From NCBI RefSeq assembly GCF_006345805.1, contig NC_043021.1:7998001-8062000 (forward strand): a stretch of 64,000 bases of DNA, written 5' to 3'. Source of the stretch: Octopus sinensis (Eukaryota). Numbering within the stretch: the first letter of the stretch is position 1; the number at the start of each line of letters is the position of its first letter. Under the pieces are notes generated by a model. It was not told the origin of the DNA. It made no database searches and was given only the letters and a program-made list of their open reading frames with translations. A program made the translations under genes and the position numbers. This document shows positions 26,791 through 40,099 of this stretch, one piece after another.

Positions 26791-27484
26791 AGCTGAATGT
26801 TTTTCAGAATTTCTTTCAAATATATGTAATACTTTTTAGATCTATAGAGAACAATGGGAAGTTGTGGTATATATGCCTTTCCCAAGAAAATTAGTGACCT
26901 CAGTGAAGTGAATTGAAATAACTTTGAATAAGAGTTAAAAACCGGGTCAAGGATAAGCTTCACCAATAGAGCTTACCTTTTTATGTTATGGAGTTTGTTG
27001 TTTATGAACGAGGCCAGGTGTATTTCATTTTTTCTTTGTTTTTGTTTTCGAAACGTTTCTTATTCTGCGGTGGGAGGCAGCAGTATTGTCTTCTGTCTTA
27101 ACATCTAGTGCAACAGTGGTTAATGTCAGCTGCACTAACAACAACAACAACAACAACAACAACAGTAACAAAAAAAAAGCTGCTGCAACGTTAAGCAATA
27201 CCAATGTTGTTGTTGACGTTAGCAGCAGATGCAGCAAATGCAGCAGCAACACTAGTAACTGCAGTAGATACGAGCCAGCTAGGGAAACTCTATGAAGTCA
27301 GTCAGCCTTGTAGAAATAGCAGTTAAATCCCTCTCGAATAACACCTTATCATCTTCAAAGGCGAGAGCGGTGCAGGAAGGATACATTGCATAATGTAGTC
27401 CTACTTACACTTATCTAAAATGAAGAATGAAAGGCAAAAGTTGACCAGAGTAGCATGTGGAGTCATGAAATAAAGGGACATAGG

Positions 27485-27718
27485 GCAGCAAGCTGGTAGA
27501 ATCGTTAGCATTTTGGGCAAAGTGCTTAGCGGTATTTCATCTGCCATTACATTCTGAGTTCAAATTCCACTGAGGTTGACTTTGCCTTTCATCCTTTCGG
27601 GGTCGATTAAATAAGTTCCAGTTATGCACTGGGGTCGGTGTTATCGACTTAATCCCTTTGTCTGTCCTTGTTTGTTCCCTCTATGTTTAGCCCCTTGTGG
27701 GCAATAAAGAAATAAATA
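27485..27718 (+). mobile_element. Nin-domain SINE
   Basis: Family match. Confidence 0.85.
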
Positions 27719-27760
27719 AAGGGACATTCTATGTACCACTTAATTGGTCCTGCTACTTGA

Positions 27761-27973
27761 CCATTTAGCATTTAAACCAGCTGTATCCAGCCAAAATATT
27801 CAACCGGTTCTAGGTTTAAACTAGTCAGATTCAGCCTCTAACACCTACTTTACAATTCTAAAAACACTCACATTATTGTAATCTTGATGTTTACTATATA
27901 ATGCATGATTAATTCTAAACAATGTGAAAACAATAAGCATTGCATTTTACAGAATAATATGAACGCTAAAGGG
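27761..27973. mobile_element. piggyBac-type MITE
   Basis: ccatttagcattt...gaacgctaaaggg followed by TTAA; homologous to 29913-30132 and 30254-30455. Confidence 0.7.
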
Positions 27974-28009
27974 TTAACCAACCTTCTTGATCACCATTAA
28001 TTAATAATA

Positions 28010-28530
28010 ATAAATAAATGTGCCCTTTTAAAGCCTAGCCAGGCTCATGGGCTCGGTTTCCCGGTTTCCCGGTTTCTATGGCGTATGTATTCCCCAGCTG
28101 GACGGGACGCCAGTCCATTGCAGCGTTACTCATTTTTGCCAGCTGAGTGGACTGGAGCAACATGAAATAAAGTGTTTTGCTCAAAAACATGATGTGTCGC
28201 CCGGTCCAGGAATCGAAACCACAATCTTACGATCATGATGCTGACACCCTAACCACTAAGCCATGCACCTCCACTTAAATGCATCCTTTTAAAGCCTAGC
28301 CAGGCTCGTAGGCCCGGTTTCCCAGTTTCTATGGCGTATGTGTTCCCCAGCTGGACAGGACACCAATCCACCGCAGCGTTACTCATTTTTGCCAGCTGAG
28401 TGGACTAGAGCAACGTGAAATAAAGTGTTTTGCTCAAGAACACAACACATTGCCCGGTCCAGGAATCGAAACCACAATCTTACAATCATGGTGCTGACAC
28501 CCTAACCACTAATCCACGCGCCTCCACTCT
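28010..28530 (-). mobile_element. Tandem dimer of a Meta/V-domain-like tRNA SINE
   Basis: Two head-to-tail copies; minus strand has tggcttagtggtta, gtttcgattcc, cttgagcaaaacact and ctgc(a/g)atggactggcgtcccgtccag. Confidence 0.8.
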
Positions 28531-29513
28531 TGATCATCCTTATCACCATGTAAGTCCTCTTTTCTATGCTTGCATGGGTCGGACAGAATTTGTTCAAGTA
28601 GTGTTTCCACAGCCAGATGCTCTTCCTGTCACCAACAGGTGGTGGTGGTGATGACGATGGTGATGATGATGATGATGATGATGATGATGAGGAGGAGGAG
28701 GAGGAGGACAATAATAACATAAGTAAAATGTCAAATATTTTGGTGAATGACTTTTGGCCCAACCTGTATTTAATTATTCTTGTTATAATGTAGAGTACAC
28801 CCACCACTCACCCCTCTATCACTCATTCCTGTTGTTACTTATCACTCATCTATGTCACTCACATTTCCTTCTCTAAGAACATGATCCTCTCTCAAAGAGC
28901 AGAAGTGCACCCGGTTGACTCTGTAAAATGTAGAGTGAAGACGGCTCCTTTAAGCTTGTCAAAGTTTTGACATCCTCCCCAGTGCTGGTGCCACAAAAAT
29001 GCATCTAGTACACTCTGTAAAATGATTGGCATTAGGAAGGGTGTCTGACTGTCGAAACTATGACAGCAATGATGGCTATAGTGACAGCTGTATGGTGGTG
29101 ATGGTGGTGATGACAACAACAACGAGAATGATGATGTTGACATTGATGATGCTGATGATGATGATGATAATGATAAGGGTGGAGTGTTTCATAATAGATG
29201 TGGTGGCCTCTGCACATGTATATTCTCTCTAAGATACCTTCCATCAAAATTTCACCAGCTTAATCATGACAAAATTATTTGATTAAATTCTTCGTAATTT
29301 TTCCAAATAAATGGAAAGAGAGGAAATGGAATTCAACAGAATAATGGCAACAAAAGACTTTAGCAGTGTTTTAACTAATGACCTATATTCATTTCAATCA
29401 ATTCTTCAACCAAATTTCTTTCAAAATTTGCATGTTCCATTTCAATAGTAGAAGTAAGGAGTAAACAGAAGCCTGTATATTATCACTTTATTATTCCTTT
29501 ATTATTCCTTTAA

Positions 29514-29735
29514 CTCTTTTGATACCAACCTGGTTGAAACCGCCTCTGGCTCTGTAGTACAAATGTCTTGTTTTCAAAAGTTCTGAATTAAAATATTCCA
29601 CCAAATCTTAATCTCAATTTATGTTCCTAACACTAGCTTAATGATAACTATGCTATTTTACTAAATTCTTTGTTATATTTAAAATTAATTGAAAGAAGCA
29701 CAGAGCATCTCAACAGAAATATGGTAACAAAAGAG
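29514..29735. mobile_element. piggyBac-type MITE (second family)
   Basis: TTAA-ctcttttgatacc...ggtaacaaaagag-TTAA; inverted homolog of 53162-53381. Confidence 0.8.
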
Positions 29736-29912
29736 TTAACTGCTTAGCAGTAATTTTTTCTTCATGTTCTGAGTTCAAATTCTGGCGAGGTCAGCTTTGC
29801 TTTTCATCCTTTCAAGGTTGATAAATGAAGTACCATTTGAATACTGGGGTTGATGTAATCAACTTAACCTTCTCCCCGCTTGTAACTATAATTGAAAAGA
29901 TTATTCTTTTAA

Positions 29913-30132
29913 CCCTTTAACATTCAAACCAACCACATCCAGCCCAAATATTCTACCTGTTTTATGTTAAAACCAGCCACATCAAGCCTCTTATACCTAC
30001 CCTACAATGTTATTCTAAAAGTAAACAGCCACATTATCGGAATCCCAAAGCTATGAAATAATACAAGATTAATCCAAAGCAATATGAATGAATAAGTATT
30101 AAATTTGACTGAGCAATCTGAATGCCAAAGGG
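29913..30132. mobile_element. piggyBac-type MITE
   Basis: TTAA-ccctttaacattca...tgaatgccaaaggg-TTAA. Confidence 0.85.
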
Positions 30133-30253
30133 TTAAGTTTTCAAGGTGGGTTGTATGGGGTTGTATAGAGATGCAAATTGTTACCTGAAATATTTTTTAC
30201 CTGGTTTTTGTTTCAGACAAATTTGAGAAATATTAAAAATTTCTTTGAATTAA

Positions 30254-30455
30254 TCCTTTAGCATTTAAACTGGCCATATCAGTTTTATATTCAAACTGGC
30301 CAGATCCAGCCTCTCCCAAATACCCTGCAATGTCTTTCTAAATATAAATGATTGCATCTTCAAAATCTTGAGCTACAAGATAGTACGCAATTAATTTTTA
30401 AAAACTGTGGATAAATAAGCATAACATTTGATAAATTAATCTGAATGCTAAAGGA
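30254..30455. mobile_element. piggyBac-type MITE
   Basis: TTAA-tcctttagcattt...gaatgctaaagga-TTAA. Confidence 0.8.
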
Positions 30456-31149
30456 TTAAGGAAGATTTACATACACCAGTTTTATATTTGAAACTGTTTG
30501 AGCTTGAAATAGTCTAGTGTAACCATTTCTGTACTTAAAAGCAAATTTTCTCTAAGAACATGACCATCTCTCGAAGGCTTTTAATGTGCGAAAATGCACC
30601 TGGTGCACTCTGTTAAATGTGGATTTGAGAGGTTACCTTCAAGCTTGTCAAAGTCTTGACAATCTTCCTAGTGCTGGTGCCACAAAAATGCACCCAATAC
30701 ACTCTGAAAAATGATTGGCATTAGGAAAGGCGTCTGACTGTAGAACCACGATGACAATGACAACAACAATGATGGCAATAGTGGCAGTGATGACAGTGAT
30801 TACAACAACAATGGCAATGATGATGATGATGTGGATTATGACAATGATGATGATTATGAGGGTGGAGCATTTCATGATAGTTTTGGTGATATAAGAACAG
30901 TTGACTGGGCCTCTGAACATGTATATCCTATTATTTATTAAATGATGCCCGGCAGGTTGGTATCAAAAGAGTTAAATGTGTAGGCATGGCTGTGTGGTAA
31001 GAAGCTTGCTTCCCAACCACATGGTTCTGGGTTCAGTCTCACTGTGGGGCACCCTGGACAAGTGTCTTCTTCTTTCGCCTCAGGCCAACCAAAGCCTTGT
31101 GAGTGGATTTGGTTGATGGAAACTAAAAGAGGCCCATCGTATATATATA

Positions 31150-31360
31150 TAATGTGACCGCGTGTGTACCGTTGGCAATTTTTTTCCCACTGTCTTCCCT
31201 TCTCTGGATCTTTCCTTCTCCTATGTTTCTGATGAAGAGCTCCACTCGAAACGTTAAACCCTCCTTCTTTCCTTCTTTCCTGAGCGTCCAATAATACTAT
31301 ATTTGTTCCACGTCCTCGCGTTGTGTTTTTTTGTGCTTTCATATTTGGATTAACTTTAAC
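31150..31360 (+). mobile_element. Penelope-like element terminal (pLTR) remnant
   Basis: Dispersed repeat (also at 48300-48500, 48620-48830, 49745-49950) flanked by (TA)n and containing a hammerhead motif. Confidence 0.65.
31225..31259 (+). ncRNA. Minimal type I hammerhead ribozyme, core intact
   Basis: gttt-CTGATGA-a-gag(ctcca)ctc-GAAAC-GTT-aaac: stem I GTTT/AAAC, extra A between A9 and G10.1, loopless palindromic stem III. Confidence 0.75.
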
Positions 31361-31460
31361 TATATATATATATACATGTATGTATATATATATATATATA
31401 TATATATGTTTAGGCCTTGTGCCAGTAATAAAGAGTTAACCTCTAGCCGAACAATTATTT

Positions 31461-31653
31461 TGTGCTGATGAAGAGAAATAACCCAGGAATCACGATACAC
31501 AGATATTGTTTTGAGCTGAGTTGGGGTGCTAGATTCCCTTGTTCGAAAATATAAGGGCACAGATCGGGTCACATAGCCAGCTGGAGACGATGTCTCCTGG
31601 GGCTAAATTACAGCAACATTAGTCCTAAACCAGGACTGCCATATTATGTTGGC
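31461..31653 (+). other. Degenerate hammerhead plus conserved multi-hairpin cassette (copy A)
   Basis: CTGATGA at 31465; tagccagctggaga..tctcctggggcta..acagcaaca..gcca/tggc at 31574-31653; homolog at 52161-52357. Confidence 0.55.
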
Positions 31654-32118
31654 AAAAAATCTTTACTACATAAAATAAACAGTGAAGGTAAAAAAAACAA
31701 CAAAAAAATGTGTTTTGGCTGAATTATCTTTAAAACAGTGATTAAAACTATCACCTCTTGTCAATTTAGTCACAAGATAGCTTGGCTGGGTTGATAACAG
31801 CTGATAGCCTGATTGGTGGTTGTGAAAGAGAATTGAAAGACATTTAATCTATTCTAAGTTTTGTTTTTCTATTAATCAAAAGCAGAAACTCTCTTCTGAA
31901 TTTGTCAAGTTTGTCTGCAAATTTAAAACAGAGACAGGCAGAAATCACGAGGAAAAAAGAAAAAGATAAATATTTTACAGCAACTACAACAATCAATAAT
32001 AATAATAATAACGATGATGATGATGATGATGATGATGATAACTTTGATGGGTACAGCCCATATGCTATGGAAAGCACTGTCCATTTGAAATGGAATAAAT
32101 GTGGTGATAATAATAATG

Positions 32119-32163
<45 letters not shown>

Positions 32164-32167
<4 letters not shown>

Positions 32168-32520
32168 CTGTTGTCATAGGTGCCCTGGGAGTGATAGCAA
32201 AAGGGGCTGATTGCTACCTAACTCAGATACCAGGAAACCCAAAAATGGCAGGAATTCAAAAGATAGTGCTCATGAGAACTGCTCATATCCTACGCAAAAT
32301 ACTTTCTATGTAATCCCAAGATTTAAAACAAACATAATTTTCGAATGGTTCTTTAGGCATTCACTAGTACAACACTAAGTACAAAACCAAATATATGGCA
32401 CCCTAGACAGAACACCAACATGAACTTCCAACTTGTTGTCTCTTGAGGTTTCTGGGTGAGACTTGGAGCCAGCTTGTGCAAATGTAAAGCAAAAGTCAAA
32501 CATATAATTATAATAATAAT
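32164..32520 (+). mobile_element. R4/Dong-clade non-LTR retrotransposon 3' end in a (TAA)n tract
   Basis: IPVVIGALGVIAKG...IQKIVLMRTAHILRKILSM* matches the RLE-type C-terminus; (AAT)n on both sides. Confidence 0.8.
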
Positions 32521-32716
32521 CCTTTCTACTATAGGCACAAGATCTGAAATATTAGGGGAGGGGAGTAGTTAATTACATCGACCCCAGTTTTTCACTGGTA
32601 CCTAATTTTATTGACCCCAAAAGGATGAAAGGCAAAGTTGATCTTGGCAGAATTTGAACTCAGAATGTTGCTAAGCATTTCACCCAGTGTGCTAATGATT
32701 CTGCCAGCTTGCTACC

Positions 32717-32799
<83 letters not shown>

Positions 32800-32804
32800 A
32801 ATGG

Positions 32805-32836
<32 letters not shown>

Positions 32837-33499
32837 GTGATGTTGATGAATATGATGATGATGACAATGACATTGTTGATGATGATGATGAGCTTATTGT
32901 ATATAGTAGTCAGGTGTATTATCGAAGTAAGTCAGGCCAAATTCATGAATTTAAATTGAAAATAGAGACTTCCAGGAAAACAAGTAAATTATTAAATTTT
33001 GGAACAATTTAGAAGTTTCCATGCAATGGCTACCAAATTAAAATTTGACACATCGAATCTGAAACAGATTAAGAATAAAGATGATAAAAATTTTTAAAAA
33101 ATGAAAGAATTTTGTGATAAAACTGTTATTGATGAAGCAATTCAGAATCCAGGAATTTATATTTCAAAAAAAAAAAAAAATTATGTTCTTCAGTTATTTT
33201 GCATGTTTTAGTCATTGGATTGCGGCCATGCTGGACAACTCATCTTCAAGACTTCTTAGTCAAACATATCACACCACCTCACCTCAGAACTTTTAGTCTG
33301 GTATTTATTTTAGCAGTTTTCACACCAGAAAATGTACATGCAAATGTAGACATAGATACACACAAAGTATATCCCATCCTCTCCTCTTCCCCCTTCTCCT
33401 CCCCCTCTTCTTCCCCTCCCCTTCCCTCCCCCTCTTCTCCCCCTCCCCCTCTTCTCCACACTACACCACATGACTTTACACATCACATCACATATGATG

Positions 33500-33862
33500 T
33501 GCCATACTAATACACACACCAACTAATACATACTAATACGTACTAATACATACTAGTACATACTAATACTTACACCAACCCTATACATACACACGTCCAG
33601 ACCCCGCATACGCACTTATACTCTCTCACACACACACACACACACACCTATACATACCAATACGTACTAATACATACTAATACATACACCAACCCCATAC
33701 ATACGCACGTCCAGACCAATCCTACGCACTAATACTCTCTCATACACACACACACACACACACACACACCTATACATACCAATACGTACTAATACATACT
33801 AATACATACACCAACCCCATACATACGCACGTCCAGACCAATCCTACGCACTAATACTCTCT

Positions 33863-33897
<35 letters not shown>

Positions 33898-33960
33898 ATA
33901 CATACTAATACATACACCAACCCTATACATACACACATCCAGACCCCTCCCACGCACTAT
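33500..33960. repeat. Minisatellite, about four units of roughly 110-120 bp
   Basis: Repeated caccaaccc..atacatac..cgtccagacc..cgcactaatactctctc(CA)n. Confidence 0.9.
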
Positions 33961-34130
33961 TAGCTGGTCCCTCAACCCTTTTATCAACCCTATTATCTCC
34001 CCTTATTTCGCTCTCGCGTCTCATGTTTGATCTTTGACCTCTGGCCGAAATCAGATCGCCATGTTGATTCGTTAGCTACTGCACGCATTTTTTTTCTCTC
34101 CTTCTTTCTGTGTTTTTCTCTCTCTGTGTA

Positions 34131-34168
34131 TCTTTCTGTTGAAGAGCGTAGGCTCGAAACGTTAAAGA
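34131..34168 (+). ncRNA. Minimal hammerhead motif (core A6 mutated) in a second Penelope-like end (about 34000-34265)
   Basis: tcttt-CTGTTGA-a-gagc(gtag)gctc-GAAAC-GTT-aaaga; stem I covaries relative to the 31225 copy. Confidence 0.65.
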
Positions 34169-34279
34169 CTTGTTTTATTTATATTTCCTGAGCGCCATAC
34201 TAATACAATTGTTCGTTTGTTTTCCACCTGCCTTCGTCTTTTGTTTATTTTCATAAAGCTTCCCGTTATATATATATAT

Positions 34280-34610
34280 ATAGGCGCAGGAGTGGCTGTG
34301 TGGTAAGTAGCTTGCTAACCAACCACATGGTTCCGGGTTCAGTCCCACTGCGTGGCATCTTGGGCAAGTGTCTTCTGCTATAGCCTCGGGCCGACCAATG
34401 CCTTGTGAGTGGATTTGGTAGACGGAAACTGAAAGAAGCCTGTCGTATATATGCATATATATATGTATGTGTGTGTATATGTTTGTGTGTCTGTGTTTGT
34501 CCCCCCACCATTGCTTGACAATCAATACTGGTGTGTTTACATCCCCATCACTTAGCGGTTCGGCAAAAAGAGATTGATAGAATAAGTACTGGGCTTACAA
34601 AGAATATGTT
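34280..34610 (+). mobile_element. Bipartite CORE-like SINE
   Basis: Family match, 3' truncated. Confidence 0.88.
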
Positions 34611-34881
34611 ATTGTTTTTTGTATTTATATTCGTGTGGCATTGTCCGTTTTTCTGTCCTTGTTTCGTATACATTCGATTCTTTTTCCAAGAAATCTAATG
34701 CTCGTCGGCTTAGTTTTTCCTTGGGGCTGGCCGGATCGGAGTGATCTCAAGATTAATCAGCCGAAATTGCGAGGATGATCCGGTTCTTGACTGAAGATTA
34801 GAAGCTTCGAATGACCCGTCCGTGTTTTGTGTCGTCTATTTGAATGTTTTGCGTTCTTATCCCATTTTGTATTTTTATATA

Positions 34882-34960
<79 letters not shown>

Positions 34961-35589
34961 ATATATATAATATATATATGTATGTATATTATGTATGTTT
35001 GAAGGTGATGAGCTGGTAGAATCCTTAGTATGCCGGGGAAAATGCTTAACAGCATTTCGTCTGTCTTTACATCCTGAGTTCAAAGTCCACAGAGGTTGAC
35101 TTTGTCTTTCATCTTTTCGGGGTCGATAAATTAAGTACCAGTTATGCACTGGGGTCAATGAAATCCTCCAAAATTTCAGGCTTTGTGCCTATAGTAGAAA
35201 GGATATTGTGGGACATTATGTATGTATGTATGTATACGTATATATTTTGCTGATGTATATCAGTGAAGAATATACGTGTATAAACATGGTGAAATTTGAT
35301 AACCAAGTGTTTTACAAAGGAAGTACCTCCCAGTATTTGTTCCGCCTCAAGTAACACATACTCCCATGCCAGTATCGTCGGCAGAAATGCAATGAACCAC
35401 TGACTGGGTCTTTGGAAACCTGTTACCAATGAAGAATAGGTCGAAGGAAAGCCTGCTGTAAGCGAAAAACTTCATTGGAATTTTGCAATTGCTTTGGTTC
35501 ATAAATTACGATATGAAAAATAAATTAGGCGAAAAAAAAATAACATAACATTAGGAACGAAATTTCCTTGCTTTCCAGCCTAAACATAT

Positions 35590-35821
35590 ATTACTACTAC
35601 TACTGCTACTGCTGCTGCTACTACTACTACTACTACCGCCACCGCCACCACCACCACAGTTGGTGCTATTCCTTCTACCACCGTCACCAACGCAATTAGA
35701 GTATTAGTGGTGGTGGTTGTGATGGTGGTGGTGGTGGAGGTTGTAGTGGAAGTATAGTAGTGTTTCTAGTAGTAGTACTAGAATAATAGTGTTTGTAGTC
35801 ATAGTAGGCGTAGTAGTAGTC

Positions 35822-35852
<31 letters not shown>

Positions 35853-36480
35853 CAGCAGCAACAGCAGCAGTGTTTGTAGTAGCTGTTATAGAATAGTAGT
35901 AGTAGTAGTAGTAGAAGCAGCAGCAGCAGTGTTTGTAGTAGTTGTAATAGAATAGTAGGGTTAGTGGTAGTGTTAGTAGTAATAATAGTAATAGTAGTAG
36001 TAGCAACAGCAGCAGTGTTTATTGTAGTTGTAATAGAATAGTAGTGTTAGTGGTAGTAGTAGTAGTAGTAGTAGTAGTAGAAGTAGCAGCAGCAGTCGTG
36101 TTTGTTGTAGTAATAAAATAGTAGTAGTAGTAGTAGTAGTAGTAGAAGTAGCAGTAGCAGTCGTGTTTGTTGTAGTAATAAAATAGTAGTAGTAGTAGTA
36201 GTAGTAGCAGAAGCAGCAGTGTTTGTTGTTGTAGTAGTAGTAGTAGTAGTAGAAACAGCAGCACAGCGTTTGTAGTAGTAGTAGTTGTAATAGAATAATG
36301 TTAGTAGTAGTTGCAGCAGCAGCAGAAGCAGCAGTGTTTGTAGTAGTTGTAATAGAATAGTAGGGTTAGTAGTAGTGTTAGTGTTAGTAGTAATAGTAGT
36401 AGCAGCAACAGCAGCAGCAGCGGCGGCGGCGGCGGTGGTGGTGGTGGTGGTGGTGATCGTCGTCGCCGTGGTCGTCATGG
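35590..36480. repeat. (GTA/GCA/GGT)n compound microsatellite with higher-order repeats
   Basis: Direct inspection. Confidence 0.95.
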
Positions 36481-36819
36481 TGGCGTGGAGGGTGATTGTG
36501 TTGGTAGTAAGATCTTTCAGTTGAAAGGCATGGATGATTGTTTTGTTTCTGACAATATTTGCACAATTAATTCTTGACATTTAGTCTTAGTGGAAGAGCA
36601 GAGAGTGAAGAGAAGAGAAGAGAGCTGTTTAAAACATCTTATGGCGTGGATATGACAGAAAGATGGCGATGGTGATGGCGGTGGCGGTGGTGACAAGGGT
36701 GGCGAAGAATCTATATTCTAATATAGATAAATGAGAACAACAATAATAATAATAAAGACAGATTAAAAGGAAAGAAGTAAACAGTAGATCGTTTGATCAG
36801 TCAGTAAATCGATAGGTAG

Positions 36820-38050
<1,231 letters not shown>

Positions 38051-38600
38051 CTATCTATTTCTCACATAAGCATTAGTTCGTGTTTCTAAGAGTGTATGTA
38101 TGCATGAGAGTGTGTGTGGGCACGTGCATTTGTGTGTGCATACATGCATGCGTGCTTGCTTGCATGCATGTAATATGTACACACGAAGCATAACCAAATG
38201 ATTGAAAAAGTTTACTTTGCCGTCATGCAGCCCCATGTTCAAGCCTTCTACCTGACATCTTGAACAAGTGTCTTTTACTATATAACATCAGGTTGATTCA
38301 CATTAAAAATTTCATGTTAATTTATATTCAAAACACCAGCTTAATTATGATGAAATCATTTGATTAAATTCTTCATAATTTTTCCAAGTAGATTGAAAGA
38401 AAGGAAATGGAATTCAACAGAATAATGGCAACAAAAAGCTTTAGCAGTGTTTTAACTAAAAAGCCATGTTCATTTTAATCAATTCTTCTACTGTGCAATG
38501 CGTCCCCTACAAAGGTCAAGATCACATCACACAAGAGTATCGTGGCACAATTTCTTCACTGTAAATAGTCCTGCTCTTTTCAATGTTATTCCGAAAGAAA

Positions 38601-39000
38601 TTAGTTAGTTAGTTAGTTAGTTAGTTAATTTGGCTCAAAGGCAAATAGCAAGGCCATGTAGGGGGACATGGAGTTAAGTACAGGGTGGTGTTCATGTAAA
38701 GAGTTCAGGCCACTTGAGGTCAAGGGAGGCTTTGAACAAAGCGGTCGTCGGCATCTTCACCATCTCGTCTGGCAGCTTGTTCCACAGATCCGCAACCCGG
38801 ACGGAGAAAGCCCCTCTCCTTCGATTGAGATGAAATCGTTGCAGGTAGAGCTTTTCGGAGTGACCCCACAGCCGACGCTCTGGAGCAGGAGTGAAGAACA
38901 GCTCTTTCGAGAGGTTACACTTTCCGCTTATGATGCTGTGGGCGAGAATGAGATCACCACGGCGGCAGCGTTTTTCTAGAGAATAAAGGTCGAGCGTCCT
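38601..39000 (-). mobile_element. CR1-like LINE 3' end, (CTAA)n tail
   Basis: Minus strand: LDLYSLEKRCRRGDL..RLWGHSEKLYLQRFHLNRRRGAFSVRVADLWNKLPDEMVKMPTTALFKASLDLKWPELFT*. Confidence 0.9.
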
Positions 39001-39092
39001 CAGTAGAAAAAGACCCCCACAACTTTCAAATGGTACCTGGACAAATTCATCCAGGAAATACCGGATAAACCGCCAACACCTGGATACGTCTA
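39001..39092 (+). mobile_element. Short C-terminal fragment of a different CR1-like LINE
   Basis: ..TFKWYLDKFIQEIPDKPPTPGYV*. Confidence 0.5.
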
Positions 39093-40099
39093 AAGTTTGG
39101 CACTTGCTGGATTATGTCATCATCTGCAAATGTGACATGTATGACATTTGTAATGTCAAGTCCTTTCATAGATCAGAATGCTGGACAGACCACAGTCTGG
39201 TGTGGGCAAAGTTCTGGATGATGATTAGAGTGAAAGAGGGAAGAGGGCCAGTTGCCATTCTTCAGCATCTGAATGTCTACAAAGATATATGATGCTGCGT
39301 TGAATAAAAAGATGAAATAAAGAAAGAAAAAAAAAAAAATTTAGCCTTCAGCTATTTGGCAAAAGGAAATTTATCAACAATGCACTTTTTTATTCAGATC
39401 ACATCATCATCATCGTCGTTGTGGTCGTCGTCATCGTTGTTGTCGCCGCCACTGCCACCACCTGCCACCACCACCACCACCACCACAACCACCACCACCA
39501 CAACCACCACCACCACCACAACCACCACAACCACCACCGCTTACACCAACACAACCACCAGCACCGCCGCCGCCGCCGCCACCTTCACCACCACCACCTA
39601 GACCACCACCGCTGCCGCCACTACTACCACCACCACCACCACCGCCGCCGCTGCCACCACCAACACCACCACCACCACCATCACTATCACCATCATTCTT
39701 TTAACATCCACTTTCCCATGCTTGCATGTGTTGGACAGAATTTGTCAAGGTTGATTTTCTATGGCATTGATGCCCTCCCTCCCCTGTTGCCATGTAAGGT
39801 AAGTACTTCTCTCCTGACCAGACATGTGTTCACAGAATATTGGAAATGAAGGACACTACTTGCATATCAGTAACATTCTTTTACAACTATCACACAATGT
39901 CAAGGCAAGGATATTGTAACACACACACACACACGCAATGGGCTTCTTTCAGTTTCCAGTTTCCTTCCACCAAATCCATTCATAAGGTTTTGGTCAGCCC
40001 GAGGCTATAGCAGAAGACACTTGCCTACTGTGCCACGCATTAGGATTGAACCTGGAACCATGTAGTTGGCAAGCAAACTTCTTACCATACAACCTCACC

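Larger units (their letters stand above)
28860..30930 (+). repeat. Diverged local duplication (28860-29240 and 30545-30930)
   Basis: Colinear shared sequence from ttctctaagaacatga through an RTE-tail fragment and microsatellite to ctctg(c/a)acatgtatat. Confidence 0.8.

Noticed and set aside
31574-31660. HDV-like ribozyme fit suggested by GCAACA plus hairpin
   Set aside because: No P1/P3/P1.1 nested pseudoknot could be built, and the putative P4 pairing is not kept in the second copy
34720-34800. HDV-like ribozyme on the minus strand (TCCTCGC loop)
   Set aside because: P3 pairing and the GG of P1.1 are missing; helix order is wrong
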